Shown piece after piece: positions 1 through 10,400 of a DNA stretch of 64,000 bases. The stretch is from NCBI GenBank assembly GCA_002439085.1, contig DJSW01000007.1, forward strand, positions 26,371 through 90,370. The letters run 5' to 3'. How positions within the stretch are numbered: position 1 is the stretch's first letter; every line of letters begins with the position of its first letter. This DNA comes from Alphaproteobacteria bacterium UBA6324 (GTDB lineage: Bacteria > Pseudomonadota > Alphaproteobacteria > CAAGCB01 > CAG-977). The notes under the pieces are model-generated. The model was not told the origin of the DNA. It worked only from the letters and a program-made list of their open reading frames with translations, and made no database searches. Both the position numbers and the translations under genes were made by a program.

Positions 1-963
1 GCCCGATTCGGCAAGGCGAAAGTATCCCTGCCCGGCGGATGCGCGATCGGAACGCGGCCGGTTGACCTGCACCTGTCGGCGTTGGAAAAAATGGGGGCGG
101 AGATCCGGATTAAAGAAGGGTACATCATCGCTTTCACCAACGGCAAGCGTTTGCAGGGAACGGAAATCCTGTTTCCGAAAGTCACCGTCGGCGGAACGGA
201 AAACATCCTGATGGCCGCGACGCTGGCCGAGGGGCGCACCGTCATCAAAAACGCCGCCCGCGAACCGGAAATCACCGATTTGGCCGAATGTCTGATCAAA
301 ATGGGCGCGAAGATTCAAGGGCTGGGGACGGACACGCTGACCGTTGACGGCGTCGAATCCTTGCATTCCGCGACGCACAAGGTCGTCGCCGACCGCATCG
401 AGGCCGCATCCTATGCGATCGCGGCGGCCATCACGCGCGGCCGAATCGAAATCACGGACGCGAATTTGAACCATCTGGCCGCGGTAGCGCACGTTTTGAC
501 CGACATCGGCGTGACAATCACGGAAACGGAAAACGGCTTTGTTTCCGACGCGACGGACGCCTATCTGATCGGAACAGACGTGATGACGGAACCCTACCCC
601 GGATTTCCGACGGACGTTCAAGCGCAGCTGACGGCTTTGCTGACGACGGTCAGCGGCGCGTCGCTGATCACCGAATCCATTTTTGAAAACCGGTTCATGC
701 ACGTTCCGGAATTGGCGCGCATGGGGGCGAACATCAACGTGCACGGTGTTTCATCGGCCATTGTGCGCGGCGTGCCGAAACTGTCGGGGGCGGAGGTCAT
801 GGCGACGGATCTGCGCGCGTCGATGTGCTTGGTTCTGGCCGGATTGGCGGCGGAGGGCGAAACGATCGTCAACCGCGTCTATCATCTGGATCGCGGCTAT
901 GAGCATTTGGAAGAAAAGCTGTCATCTTGCGGCGCACGTATTGAACGGCTGCAAGGGGATTGA
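1..963 (+). CDS. murA: UDP-N-acetylglucosamine 1-carboxyvinyltransferase MurA (5' end outside the window)
   Basis: The open frame runs from position 1. The C-terminal 293 aa align in my reading to MurA (..[31 protein letters not shown]..). Stop is at 961-963. Confidence 0.88.
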   Translation, partial: ARFGKAKVSLPGGCAIGTRPVDLHLSALEKMGAEIRIKEGYIIAFTNGKRLQGTEILFPKVTVGGTENILMAATLAEGRTVIKNAAREPEITDLAECLIKMGAKIQGLGTDTLTVDGVESLHSATHKVVADRIEAASYAIAAAITRGRIEITDANLNHLAAVAHVLTDIGVTITETENGFVSDATDAYLIGTDVMTEPYPGFPTDVQAQLTALLTTVSGASLITESIFENRFMHVPELARMGANINVHGVSSAIVRGVPKLSGAEVMATDLRASMCLVLAGLAAEGETIVNRVYHLDRGYEHLEEKLSSCGARIERLQGD

Positions 964-965
964 TC

Positions 966-1622
966 ATGCAAAAAACGATCGTCGCCCTGCCCAAAGGCCG
1001 GATTCTGGACGAGTTGCTGCCGTTTTTAAAGGCCGCGTCCATTGAACCGGAGGACGCGTTTTTCGATGAAAAATCACGTTTGTTGCGTTTTAAAACGAAT
1101 CGCGAAGACGTTGACATCGTCCGCGTGCGCAGTTTCGACGTGGCGACTTTTGTCGCGTTCGGCGCGGCGCAAATCGGCGTTTGCGGCAACGATGTTCTGG
1201 CGGAATTCGACTATCCCGAAATTTACGCACCCGTTGATTTGAAAATCGGCAAATGTCATATGGCTTCGGCCGCGTTGGCCGGATGTGAAACAACGGATTT
1301 GAACCGCGCCGGTCATGTCCGCGTTGCGACAAAATATCCGAACATCACAAAAAAATACTATCAATCCAAAGGGATACAGGCCGAATGTGTCAAGCTGTCC
1401 GGCGCGATGGAGCTGGCGCCCGCGATCGGTTTGTGCCAAAGGATCGTCGATGTCGTGTCTTCGGGCGCGACGCTGAAAGCGAACGGACTGGTCGAAATCG
1501 AACACGTCATGGACGTTTCCGCCCGATTGATCGTCAACCGGACGGCGTTTAAAACACACACGGCGGAACTGACCGTCTGGCTGGATAAATTCAAAGGAGC
1601 AGTTGATGACTTACGCGCTTGA
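966..1622 (+). CDS. hisG: ATP phosphoribosyltransferase, short form (HisG)
   Basis: Translation MQKTIVALPKGRILDELLPFL.. is the typical short-HisG N-terminus. The ATG at 966 follows the murA stop. The gene overlaps the hisD start. Confidence 0.88.
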   Translation: MQKTIVALPKGRILDELLPFLKAASIEPEDAFFDEKSRLLRFKTNREDVDIVRVRSFDVATFVAFGAAQIGVCGNDVLAEFDYPEIYAPVDLKIGKCHMASAALAGCETTDLNRAGHVRVATKYPNITKKYYQSKGIQAECVKLSGAMELAPAIGLCQRIVDVVSSGATLKANGLVEIEHVMDVSARLIVNRTAFKTHTAELTVWLDKFKGAVDDLRA

Positions 1623-2901
1623 CATTCGCAACGACGGTTTTGAAAAAGAGTTTGACGCCTTTTTGAACTCCAAGCGGGAAAACGCCGCGGATGTCAACGA
1701 ATCCGTCGCGGAAATATTGAAAAACGTGCGCGAAAACGGGGACGCGGCCGTTTTGGATTACACAAGGAAATTCGACCGCCTCGACCTGACGCCCGAAACG
1801 ATGCGCGTCGGCGAATCCGAAATCGAACAAGCCGTCGAATCCTGCGACCGCGACACGTTGGACGCGTTGTATCTGGCGGCGGAGCGAATCGAGGCCTTTC
1901 ACGACAAACAGATGCCGGAAAGCCACTTTTTCAACGATGAAACGGGCGCGCTACTGGGGTGGCGGTGGACGCCGGTCATGGCGGCGGGGCTGTATGTTCC
2001 GGGGGGCACAGCGGCCTATCCGTCGTCCGTTTTGATGAACGCGATCCCCGCCAAAGTCGCGGGCGTCAAGCGCATCGTCATGGTCGTCCCCTGCCCCGAC
2101 GGAAAGATCAACCCGCTGGTTCTGGCGGCGGCGGACTGCGTCGGCATTGACGAAATCTACCGCATCGGCGGCGCGCAGGCGATCGGCGCGCTGGCGTTCG
2201 GAACGGAAACGATCCGCCCCGTCGATATGATTGTCGGCCCCGGAAACGCCTATGTCGCAACGGCAAAACGCCAAGTGTTCGGCCGCGTCGGCATCGACAT
2301 GATCGCGGGTCCGTCCGAAATTCTGGTCGTCGCCGACGATTCCGCCAATCCCGAATGGGTGGCGGCCGATTTGCTGGGACAGGCGGAACACGACGTTTCC
2401 GCGCAGCCGATTCTGATCACGGATTGCGCCGGTCTGGCCGAAAAAGTGAAAGCCGAGCTGGAACGCCAGCTGTCCGCCTTGTCGCGCGCCGACATCGCGC
2501 GCAAAAGCTGGCAGGACAACGGCGCCGTCATTCTGGTCGAAAACCTGACGGAACAGGCGGGCGCGCTGGTTGACCGGATCGCGCCGGAGCATTTGGAACT
2601 TTGTGTCAAAAATCCGGAAGAACTGTGCAAACGCGTTCATCACGCGGGGTCGATCTTCCTCGGCCATTTCACGCCCGAAGCGATCGGCGATTACGTCGGC
2701 GGGCCGAACCACGTCCTGCCCACGGCGCGCAGCGCGCGTTTTTCGTCGGGGCTGGGCGTCCAAAGCTTTATGAAGCGCACGACGATCCTGTCCTGCACGG
2801 ACAAAACGCTGAAAGAAATCGGCAACGCCGCGGTTCTGCTGGGAACGGCCGAGGGGCTGACCGCACACGCCGAATCCGTTCGCAAGCGGTTGCGGGGCTG
2901 A
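1606..2901 (+). CDS. hisD: histidinol dehydrogenase HisD
   Basis: About 430 aa with HisD-like sequence throughout (..GPGNAYVATAKRQVFG..AGPSEILVVAD..). RBS AAGGAG lies 8 nt upstream of the ATG at 1606. Confidence 0.9.
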   Translation: MTYALDIRNDGFEKEFDAFLNSKRENAADVNESVAEILKNVRENGDAAVLDYTRKFDRLDLTPETMRVGESEIEQAVESCDRDTLDALYLAAERIEAFHDKQMPESHFFNDETGALLGWRWTPVMAAGLYVPGGTAAYPSSVLMNAIPAKVAGVKRIVMVVPCPDGKINPLVLAAADCVGIDEIYRIGGAQAIGALAFGTETIRPVDMIVGPGNAYVATAKRQVFGRVGIDMIAGPSEILVVADDSANPEWVAADLLGQAEHDVSAQPILITDCAGLAEKVKAELERQLSALSRADIARKSWQDNGAVILVENLTEQAGALVDRIAPEHLELCVKNPEELCKRVHHAGSIFLGHFTPEAIGDYVGGPNHVLPTARSARFSSGLGVQSFMKRTTILSCTDKTLKEIGNAAVLLGTAEGLTAHAESVRKRLRG

Positions 2902-3038
2902 AACCGCCGCGTTTCTTGACTTTATTGCCAGTAATCGTTTAGACTATCTTTCGGTAAAGGAAAAGACGGCTGTTCGATTGCACCGTCCGATACGACGGTT
3001 TATTTCCGCACAGCGTCCGTTTTTAAGGGAGGAACGCC

Positions 3039-3641
3039 ATGACAGGTTTTGTTATCGCCGGAATTGCGCTTGTTTTACTGGTCGTGTTGATGAAAGTGCA
3101 CATCACACCGGAGGAAGCCGAAGAGCTGGCCGCCTATGAAAAAGCGGAAAAAGAAGCTAAAAACAAAAACCATAAAAGCCCAAAAGCCGAAGACGCCAAA
3201 ATCGAAGAACAGCTGGAAAACAAAACCCACGCCGGCCGTTCCGTCCGTTTGGACAAAGTCACCGAACGCATTGTCAATTTGATGGAAGACGGCAACGTCG
3301 CGGAAATCCGTCAGGCGTTAAGCAACGGCATCGACATCGCGCGCCCCCTGCCTGACGGGCAGACGGTTTTGATGATCGCCGTCAAACACAATCAGGATCA
3401 CGAAATCGTGCCGTTTTTGGTGCAAAACGGCATTGATATCAACGCGAGGGACGACAAAGGCCAAACCGCGCTGATGCTGGCGGCCACGTTCAACCCCGAT
3501 CCGGACATGGTGCGCATCCTGTTGGACAACGGCGCGGACAAAACGATCAAGGACAAAAACGGCAAAACGGCCGCCGATTATTGCGGTTTGAATTTCGATT
3601 TGATGGGAACGGACATCCCCGAATTGTTGTTCGTCGGCTGA
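3039..3641 (+). CDS. ankyrin-repeat protein with N-terminal transmembrane helix
   Basis: RBS AAGGGAGG precedes the start. The N-terminal hydrophobic segment is GFVIAGIALVLLVVLM. Ankyrin motifs follow (GQTVLMIAVKHN.., GQTALMLAATFN.., LLDNGADK..). Confidence 0.75.
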   Translation: MTGFVIAGIALVLLVVLMKVHITPEEAEELAAYEKAEKEAKNKNHKSPKAEDAKIEEQLENKTHAGRSVRLDKVTERIVNLMEDGNVAEIRQALSNGIDIARPLPDGQTVLMIAVKHNQDHEIVPFLVQNGIDINARDDKGQTALMLAATFNPDPDMVRILLDNGADKTIKDKNGKTAADYCGLNFDLMGTDIPELLFVG

Positions 3642-3660
3642 TCCGTTTTTACAAACACGC

Positions 3661-4818
3661 TTACAAACAAGGACACGTCGCTGCGGACTTTTTCGCGGCG
3701 GCTTTTTTTACCGGCGCTTTTTTGACCGCGGGCTTTTTCACGGCGGGCTTTGCCGCGGGACACGGCGTCGCCGGAACGCTGAGGCATTTTTGAACGCACT
3801 TGGCGACATCCGGTCTGGATTGGCCGTCCGCCCCCGTCATGCCGATTTTAGCGTAGGTCAGCTTTTCAATCGCGGCTTTCTCCTTGGCCGCTTCGGCGGC
3901 GGTGATCAGGTTCAAATTCCGCAGTGTTTCAATCCGGCGCAAAGCGGTCGCCCCTTGCAGAATATCCTGCGGCACGGGCGCGGGCGTCATCCGGTAAAAC
4001 GGATTGGACGGCAGCAAAGCCTCCAGTATGATTTCGCGTTCGGCAGCGTGTTCGCGGGGCGTGATGGCGCGCATTTCCAACGCTTCGCGCAGCGCGTTCA
4101 ACCGCCCGATGATCACGTCCCCCGTCGGCGCGGGCAGATCCAGCCCCTTTCCCGCCGGCGCCAGCGTATAGGGCAGCAATCCGCCCAGATTGACGGCGCG
4201 GCGCGACTGCCATTCGTCTTCGGTCACATATTTTTCATCGCGCAGGCGGATGAACGTCAAAAAACGCAAAACGACGTTGCGGTCGCCCTCGGACAGCATA
4301 TCCAGCCCGCCTTTGATTTCATCGGCCGAAGCGACCTTTTTTCCGGCCGCGTAATCCTTTTGCCCGAAAGCGGACGCGGTGAACACGGCCGTTTTCGTTT
4401 CCGAATCCATAACTGCCAGCGGCGTTTGCGGCAAATTCAGCGCGGCCAGACGCGCGGCCGCCGTTTTTTTCAATTCTTCGGCCGGAACGTTGCGCACGCC
4501 CCCGAACACGCCGACGGATTCGCCGTCGTCCGACGCCGCCGCCTGTTCGTACAGCGCGCGCGCCCTGTTCGGATACCCCAACCGTTCATAGGACAGCCCC
4601 GCCACCAGCATGGCGTAAACGTCGTCCGGATTTTTTTGCAACGCTTTTTGCGCGTAATGGATGGCGTCTTCATATTCGCTGGCCGACCAGTTCAAGATGG
4701 ATTGTTCGGTGTCGGTTTTAAACAGCGAACTGCCCGGTGTGGAACAGCCGCAAATCAAAACGGACGCAGTTAAAACGGCGGCGCTGACCGTGCGTGACAA
4801 ATGACGACGTAATTTCAT
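3661..4818 (-). CDS. TPR-repeat lipoprotein with Lys/Ala-rich C-terminal tail
   Basis: Signal peptide plus lipobox (..VLICGCSTP). TPR-like repeats are present (AIHYAQKALQKNPDDVYAMLVAGLSYERLGY..). The C-terminus is an AKK repeat (AVKKPAVKKAPVKKAAAKK). The start ATG at 4818 overlaps the upstream stop as ATGA. Confidence 0.7.
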   Translation of the reverse strand: MKLRRHLSRTVSAAVLTASVLICGCSTPGSSLFKTDTEQSILNWSASEYEDAIHYAQKALQKNPDDVYAMLVAGLSYERLGYPNRARALYEQAAASDDGESVGVFGGVRNVPAEELKKTAAARLAALNLPQTPLAVMDSETKTAVFTASAFGQKDYAAGKKVASADEIKGGLDMLSEGDRNVVLRFLTFIRLRDEKYVTEDEWQSRRAVNLGGLLPYTLAPAGKGLDLPAPTGDVIIGRLNALREALEMRAITPREHAAEREIILEALLPSNPFYRMTPAPVPQDILQGATALRRIETLRNLNLITAAEAAKEKAAIEKLTYAKIGMTGADGQSRPDVAKCVQKCLSVPATPCPAAKPAVKKPAVKKAPVKKAAAKKSAATCPCL

Positions 4819-5435
4819 GACTTCCCCCATTTTTTGCGCAATTTTTCCCTGTTCATCACGAACCATTGAACGGCGATGATCGTCAGCGCGTTGTTGAATT
4901 CCCCGCGAAACAGCTTTTCTTCAACCTCGGCGGCGGACAGAACGACGACGCGGATGTCCTCGCCTTCCGATTCCAAACCGGCGTATTCCGGCACGCGCGA
5001 AGCGTCCGCCCGTCCGCAGTACACATACAGCTTTTCCGACAAACCGCCGGGGGAGGAGTAATATTCGCACACGGGTTCGACCGCCGTCACCGCCACGCCC
5101 GCCTCTTCGGCGGCTTCGCGCGCGACAACGTCCGCCGGCGATTCGTTTTTATGATCCAAAATGCCGGCCACACATTCCAACACCCACGGGTTTTCATCCC
5201 CCGCGGCGAAAACGCCCACGCGCATCTGTTCGACGAACACCAGCTTGTCCAAATCGGGATCGTACAGCAAAACGCCCGCCGCGCGGCCGCGTTCCATCAC
5301 TTCGCGCGAAATCTCGCCGCTCATTTCCCCGTTGTACAGCGGGAATTTCAGGCGATATTCATCCACTTTGAAAAACTTTTCATACAGGTTTTTCTTTCCA
5401 ACGATTCGAATGTTTTCCCGCATTCTGGCGACCAT
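4815..5435 (-). CDS. NUDIX hydrolase (ADP-ribose pyrophosphatase-like)
   Basis: A Nudix box-like segment is present (..GILDHKNESPADVVAREAAEEAGV..). RBS AAGGGAG precedes the start at 5435. The gene is translationally coupled to the downstream lipoprotein gene. Confidence 0.72.
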   Translation of the reverse strand: MVARMRENIRIVGKKNLYEKFFKVDEYRLKFPLYNGEMSGEISREVMERGRAAGVLLYDPDLDKLVFVEQMRVGVFAAGDENPWVLECVAGILDHKNESPADVVAREAAEEAGVAVTAVEPVCEYYSSPGGLSEKLYVYCGRADASRVPEYAGLESEGEDIRVVVLSAAEVEEKLFRGEFNNALTIIAVQWFVMNREKLRKKWGKS

Positions 5436-5522
5436 GATCAAAAAAGCTCCCTTAAATCGGATTTGGTGTAGTATAGTGGACAAAGATTAACAAAATTCAA
5501 ACATTTGCAGGACTTCGCCCCC

Positions 5523-6947
5523 ATGGAAATACTGACCGCCGGACAAATGCGCGACGCCGACAAGGAAACCGTTGCAAATATCATGCCGGAATTGCAGCTG
5601 ATGGAAAACGCGGGGTTCGCCGCCGCGTGTCAAATCGCGCGCAGATACGGCAAGCGCCCCGTCACCGTTTTGTGCGGCGCGGGCAACAACGGCGGGGACG
5701 GGTTCGTCGTCGCCCGATTGTTGCGGCAGCGCGGCTGGCCCGTCGAAGTCGTTTTCACCGGCGACGAACAAAAAATGACACCCGCCGCGGCCGCAAACGC
5801 CAAAAAATTCAAAGGCGCCGTCCGCCCGTTATCGCTTCAGAGCCTGAAAAGGGCGGAAAAGGACGGCCGTCTGTTCGTGGACGCCGTTTTCGGCACAGGA
5901 CTTTGCCGCCCCGTCACGGGCGATATCGCCGATTTTTTCAACGCGCTGAACGAAACGGCCGCGCCGTGCGTCGCGCTGGACATCCCCGGCGGCGTTTGCG
6001 CCGACACGGGCGAAGTGCTGGGAACCGCCCCGTTCTGCGATATGACGGTCACTTTTTGCCGGCCGAAAATCGGGCATTTTCTCTACCCCGCCAAGGAACG
6101 CGTCGGCGATTTGACCGTCTGCCCGATCGGCATCCCCGACGAAATCGTCGCGCATCAAAATCCGTCCGTTTACGAAAACGCGCCCGATTTGTTTTCCGTA
6201 CCGGCGGCGACGCCCTATGACAACAAATATTCCCGCGGCGCGGTGTTGGTGCGCGCGGGCGAAATGAGCGGAGCCGCCCGATTGGCCGCGGCGGCGGCGC
6301 GGCGCGCGGGCGCGGGATGGGTCGGCGTGTCCTGCGACACTCGATTGCAAAACCTGTTCGCCCTTGACGCGGAAACGGTCGTCCAGCCCGCCGACACCGC
6401 CGAAGCGTTCAAAACGCAGTTGAGCGGCCGCAAAATCTCCGCCACCGTCATCGGTATGGGAATGACGGAAACGCCCCGTGTCAAAGAATTTATGGACATC
6501 CTTTCCGCATCCGGAAAACCGTTCGTCGCCGACGCGGGCGCCCTGCCCTTTATCAAAACCGTCAAAGATCCGTCCCGCGCGATCGTCACGCCGCACGCGG
6601 GCGAATTTTGCCGCCTTTTCCCCGACATAGCCGGAAAAAACAAGTTGGATCAGGCGCGGGCAGCCGCCAAAGCTTTAAATTGCGTCGTCGTGTTAAAGGG
6701 TGCGGACACCGTCATCGCCGCCCCCGACGGCCGCGCGGCGATTAACGCGACAACGGCGTTCAATCTGGCGACGGCGGGCAGCGGCGACGTTTTGGGCGGC
6801 ATCATCGGCGCGATGCTGGCGAAATCTCTCCCCCCGTTTGAATCCGCCTGCGCCGGCGTGTGGCTGCATTCCCGCGCCGCCGAATCCGCCGGACGAGAAA
6901 ACCTGATCGCTTCGGACATTGTTGACGCGCTGGGCGAAATCCGATGA
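5523..6947 (+). CDS. nnr: bifunctional NAD(P)H-hydrate repair enzyme Nnr (epimerase/dehydratase, YjeF family)
   Basis: The N-terminal YjeF-N motif is present (VLCGAGNNGGDGFVVARLL). The C-terminal carbohydrate-kinase-like domain is present (..VLKGADTVIAAPDG..GSGDVLGG..). Confidence 0.85.
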   Translation: MEILTAGQMRDADKETVANIMPELQLMENAGFAAACQIARRYGKRPVTVLCGAGNNGGDGFVVARLLRQRGWPVEVVFTGDEQKMTPAAAANAKKFKGAVRPLSLQSLKRAEKDGRLFVDAVFGTGLCRPVTGDIADFFNALNETAAPCVALDIPGGVCADTGEVLGTAPFCDMTVTFCRPKIGHFLYPAKERVGDLTVCPIGIPDEIVAHQNPSVYENAPDLFSVPAATPYDNKYSRGAVLVRAGEMSGAARLAAAAARRAGAGWVGVSCDTRLQNLFALDAETVVQPADTAEAFKTQLSGRKISATVIGMGMTETPRVKEFMDILSASGKPFVADAGALPFIKTVKDPSRAIVTPHAGEFCRLFPDIAGKNKLDQARAAAKALNCVVVLKGADTVIAAPDGRAAINATTAFNLATAGSGDVLGGIIGAMLAKSLPPFESACAGVWLHSRAAESAGRENLIASDIVDALGEIR

Positions 6948-7423
6948 AGTTTTTGTTTTACCTGCTGCGGCACAAATTTTGGGTGTTTTGGTTTTGCGCG
7001 CACCACGGAATGATTTGGCGCGGGCTGAAGCATGATTGCGACAAACTGCGCCCGTCGCTGTTTTTCACATACGCCCGCAACTTCGCGCTGGCCGAAAAAC
7101 TGCGCGACAAAACGGGGCATTACAGTCCGGCCGCCGTGCCGGACGAATGCCGGATCGCCCTGCTGAACCATTTTCACCGCGCGCGCCACCATTGGCAACA
7201 TTGGATTTTACCGTGCGACACGAAAATCGAACCGCTGGACATGGGTGAAAACGACGTGCGGGAAATGCTGTGCGATTGGGCGGGCGCGGGACGGACGCAG
7301 CGCGGCAAAAACTGGCGGCGCGCCGACGTGCGCGATTTTTTCATAAAAAACAGGGACAAAATGGTTTTGTCCCCGCGCACGATCGAATTGATTGAAAAAA
7401 ATCTGGATTCGATGGGATTTTAA
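6944..7423 (+). CDS. hypothetical protein (His-rich HHG...H.D.DK motif), family not recognised
   Basis: The ATG at 6944 overlaps the nnr stop. The ORF is 159 aa. Its last 80 nt or so are duplicated at 11061-11143. Confidence 0.55.
   Translation: MKFLFYLLRHKFWVFWFCAHHGMIWRGLKHDCDKLRPSLFFTYARNFALAEKLRDKTGHYSPAAVPDECRIALLNHFHRARHHWQHWILPCDTKIEPLDMGENDVREMLCDWAGAGRTQRGKNWRRADVRDFFIKNRDKMVLSPRTIELIEKNLDSMGF
7343..7423. repeat. direct repeat copy 1 (3' end of the 159-aa gene; contains hairpin GGACAAAATGGTTTTGTCC)
   Basis: About 85% identical to 11061-11143 over roughly 81 nt. Begins ATAAAAAACAGGGACAAAATGGTTTTGTCCCCGCGCAC. Confidence 0.7.
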
Positions 7424-7499
7424 CAAGTCCTGCGGTCACACCCGCACAAAAGGCGGGGACACGTTCCCCGCCTTTATATTGTGATGCAATATCCGGAAA

Positions 7500-10400
7500 T
7501 CAGAAATTCACTTTCAGATTCACCATGCCCGTGTGATCGGCGTAATCATTTTTAAAACGCCCTTCGTATTTCAGCGACAATTCGCCGCCGCGTCCGAACG
7601 CGATCGCCAAACCCGCGCCGGCTTCAACGCCGAATCTATCCAAAGGATCGCCTTTGACCCGATATTCGGTCAGATCCGGCAAAACAACCGTCCTGTCATC
7701 GTTATCCTGATTGAAATCATACGTCGCCGCCACTTTCAATTCCGGCGTCACCCCGATGGACGGCGCGAAATTCAAATAGTAGTCGTTGGATAGCTTCGCC
7801 CCGACAACCCCCGTCCAAGTGTTTTGAATCGATTTTTTCAACCTCGCCCCAAGCGCGTCGGTATATGCGTTTTGGCGAATGTTCATGAAACGCAAAGCGG
7901 CTTCCGGACTGAATATGCCGAAATCATACCCGACCGCCATTTGCGCGGAAACGGCGTCGGCCGTATAGTTGCTTTCCATTTCAGTCAAACGCGTTTTTTC
8001 GTCATATCTGGAATGGCCGTAACCGGCGACGGCGTTCACATAGGCTTTGTACGGTTTGTATTCGCCATAAACAAAGTAGGTGTGCGTATCAACGTCGGTC
8101 GCAGCGCGCTGCGTCCCGATATCCGTCGAAGCAAAAGCGTACCCCGCGCCGAATTTAAAGTCGTCCGAAACATTTCCTTCCAACCCCGCCGCAAAGCCGC
8201 CGGTATGGGCGTTGAAACCGTCATTTTTATCAAGCTTTGCATAGTTCATCATGCCTTGCGCCCAAACGGAAACGCGGCCGGATTCAAAATCGCCGCCCGA
8301 ACGCCCGCGGTAACGGCGGGAATAATTGCCGTATCCCGTTCTGCCGCGATAACCGCCGCCCCAATGTTCCGAAAAACCGCCGAAACGGGTTTGAACGACG
8401 TTGATGACGGATTTTGCGGCGTTGGAAGCGGCCGTATTCGCGGATTGCGTCACGTCGGGCGCGACTTCGCGCAAAATCTGCTTTGCCGTTTTTTCATCCG
8501 CCTCGTCCAGCAACGTATTGACGCGATCGACCGTCTTCCGGACTTTTTTATCAAATTTGGAAAAAAGATCGTCTTCGATATCCAGAACCTTCGACGCGTC
8601 GCGTTGCGTTTGCGACACTTTTTCTCCGGCCTTTTCCAAATCTTCAATGACGGCTTCGGACGCCGTCGCCAACCGCAGAATATATAAATTGCCGCCGTCC
8701 CAATCTTGCAAACGTTTGATGTTTTTCGCGTCCTGCGGATCAAAGTACGTTTTGGAAACGGCATAGCGCGATGTCGAATAATCCCCCAAATTAAATCCCG
8801 TTCCGTCCGTAATTTTATACAGCGTCGTCACGTCGCGCGAAACGCCCGACATCCCCAGCTTCAACGTCACATTGCTTGCGGACGTATCAACCTTAATGAT
8901 GGCGGACGTTTTCGCCGCGTCCGTTAAAATGGCCGAAATCGTCCCGCCCGTAATGGTATCGGCTTTCAACGTTCCCGCCCCGATGTCCAAAGTTTTTCCG
9001 GCGGCGATGGTAATGTCCTTGATCACGGCGCCATCGGCGAATTTCAACGTGGCAAGCGAATAGTTATCCGCAAAATTCAACGACGCCGTTCCGGATATCG
9101 TTCCCCGGATGCGGGCGTTTTCATGCTGAAAATTGATTTGCGTTTCTGAAAAATCCGCCTGCGCGTTCAACACGCCGCCCAAATTCAACCGTCCGCCGTT
9201 TTCAAAATGCAGAACGTTCCCGTCGTTCGACCCAACGTTCAAAACCGCGTTTTTGGCAATGTTCAGCGTCGAATTGTCCAATGAAACCGTCCCGCTTCTG
9301 GCGGAAACTTCGTTGTTGCCGTTAACGGCGACCGTCGAATTGGAAACGGTCAGATTTCCCGATTTGAAACTGTCGTTGATCAATCCCGACGTTCCGTTCA
9401 TCGTGACAACGGAATTTTGAACCGTCACGTTTCCGCCCCAATTATCCAAAACGACGTTCATATTGTTGTACGCTTCGTACAATTTTTGTTCCAGATATTT
9501 CCAATCCGGCGTTTTCCCGTTGTCCCAAGCATCTGTGACGTGCTTCATCAAATTCGTAGCCGTACCCGTTTCCGAATCCGGTAAAAGGAAACCAAAAGAA
9601 TAAAACGGATCGTCAACGCTGTTCGGCAAATCGTCGCGTTTTTTCGTCGTCGCGTCCACTTTTTTCAATTCGGACAGAATGATGCCGACCGAATCCGCGA
9701 TTTCGGCTTGCGTCAATTTGTTCCGGACGGCGGAAACATCCTTCCAACAATCTTCAAAGCGGTCAAGCGGGTCGGCATAATCTTTGACCTTGCCGTAATC
9801 GGCGGCGGAAATGCTTTCGGCGAAAAGCCCGATCCCCGCCAACGAATTTCCGTTCAGAACCAAATCGGCGTTATCAAAGTTCGTGCTTGCATCAATCGCC
9901 GATTCTGCATTTGAAAACATAAACGCATTATATTCTTCGTACAAAATTTTATCGCCGAACAAATGTTTGTTATGCAGATGTGTGAAATTTCCCGCAAACG
10001 TGTCTTTGTTCAACGTCGCCTTGCCGGACAACGTTCCGACACTTAAATTTGTTTTTGCCAGAGAAATCCCCCTGTCGCCGGAAATGTTCATTTGCCCCGC
10101 GTGCAAATCGTGGAAATTCTTGCCGGCTTTCAAATTTAAAACCGTTTTATTCGAATCAATGTTCAAATCGTTTGCGGTGCCGCTCCACCACCAATCGACG
10201 CCGTCAAAATTTCCGCCGGACAAATTTAAATTGCTTGTACCGCCCAAAGTGAACGCTCCGCGAAACGTGCCGCCGGTGATTGTCAGATCGCCGACGTTCT
10301 TCTTCTCCTCCGTTGTTGGACTATTGCTTGTAAAAGTCATATCCGTAAAATTCCCGCCGGTGATTTTTAATGAATTGTTGGAATAGATCATGCCATTGTC

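Noticed and set aside
2916-2947. Sigma-70-like promoter TTGACT-N17-TAGACT upstream of the ankyrin gene
   Set aside because: The -10 match is weak (3 of 6) and I cannot verify it, so it is left unannotated.
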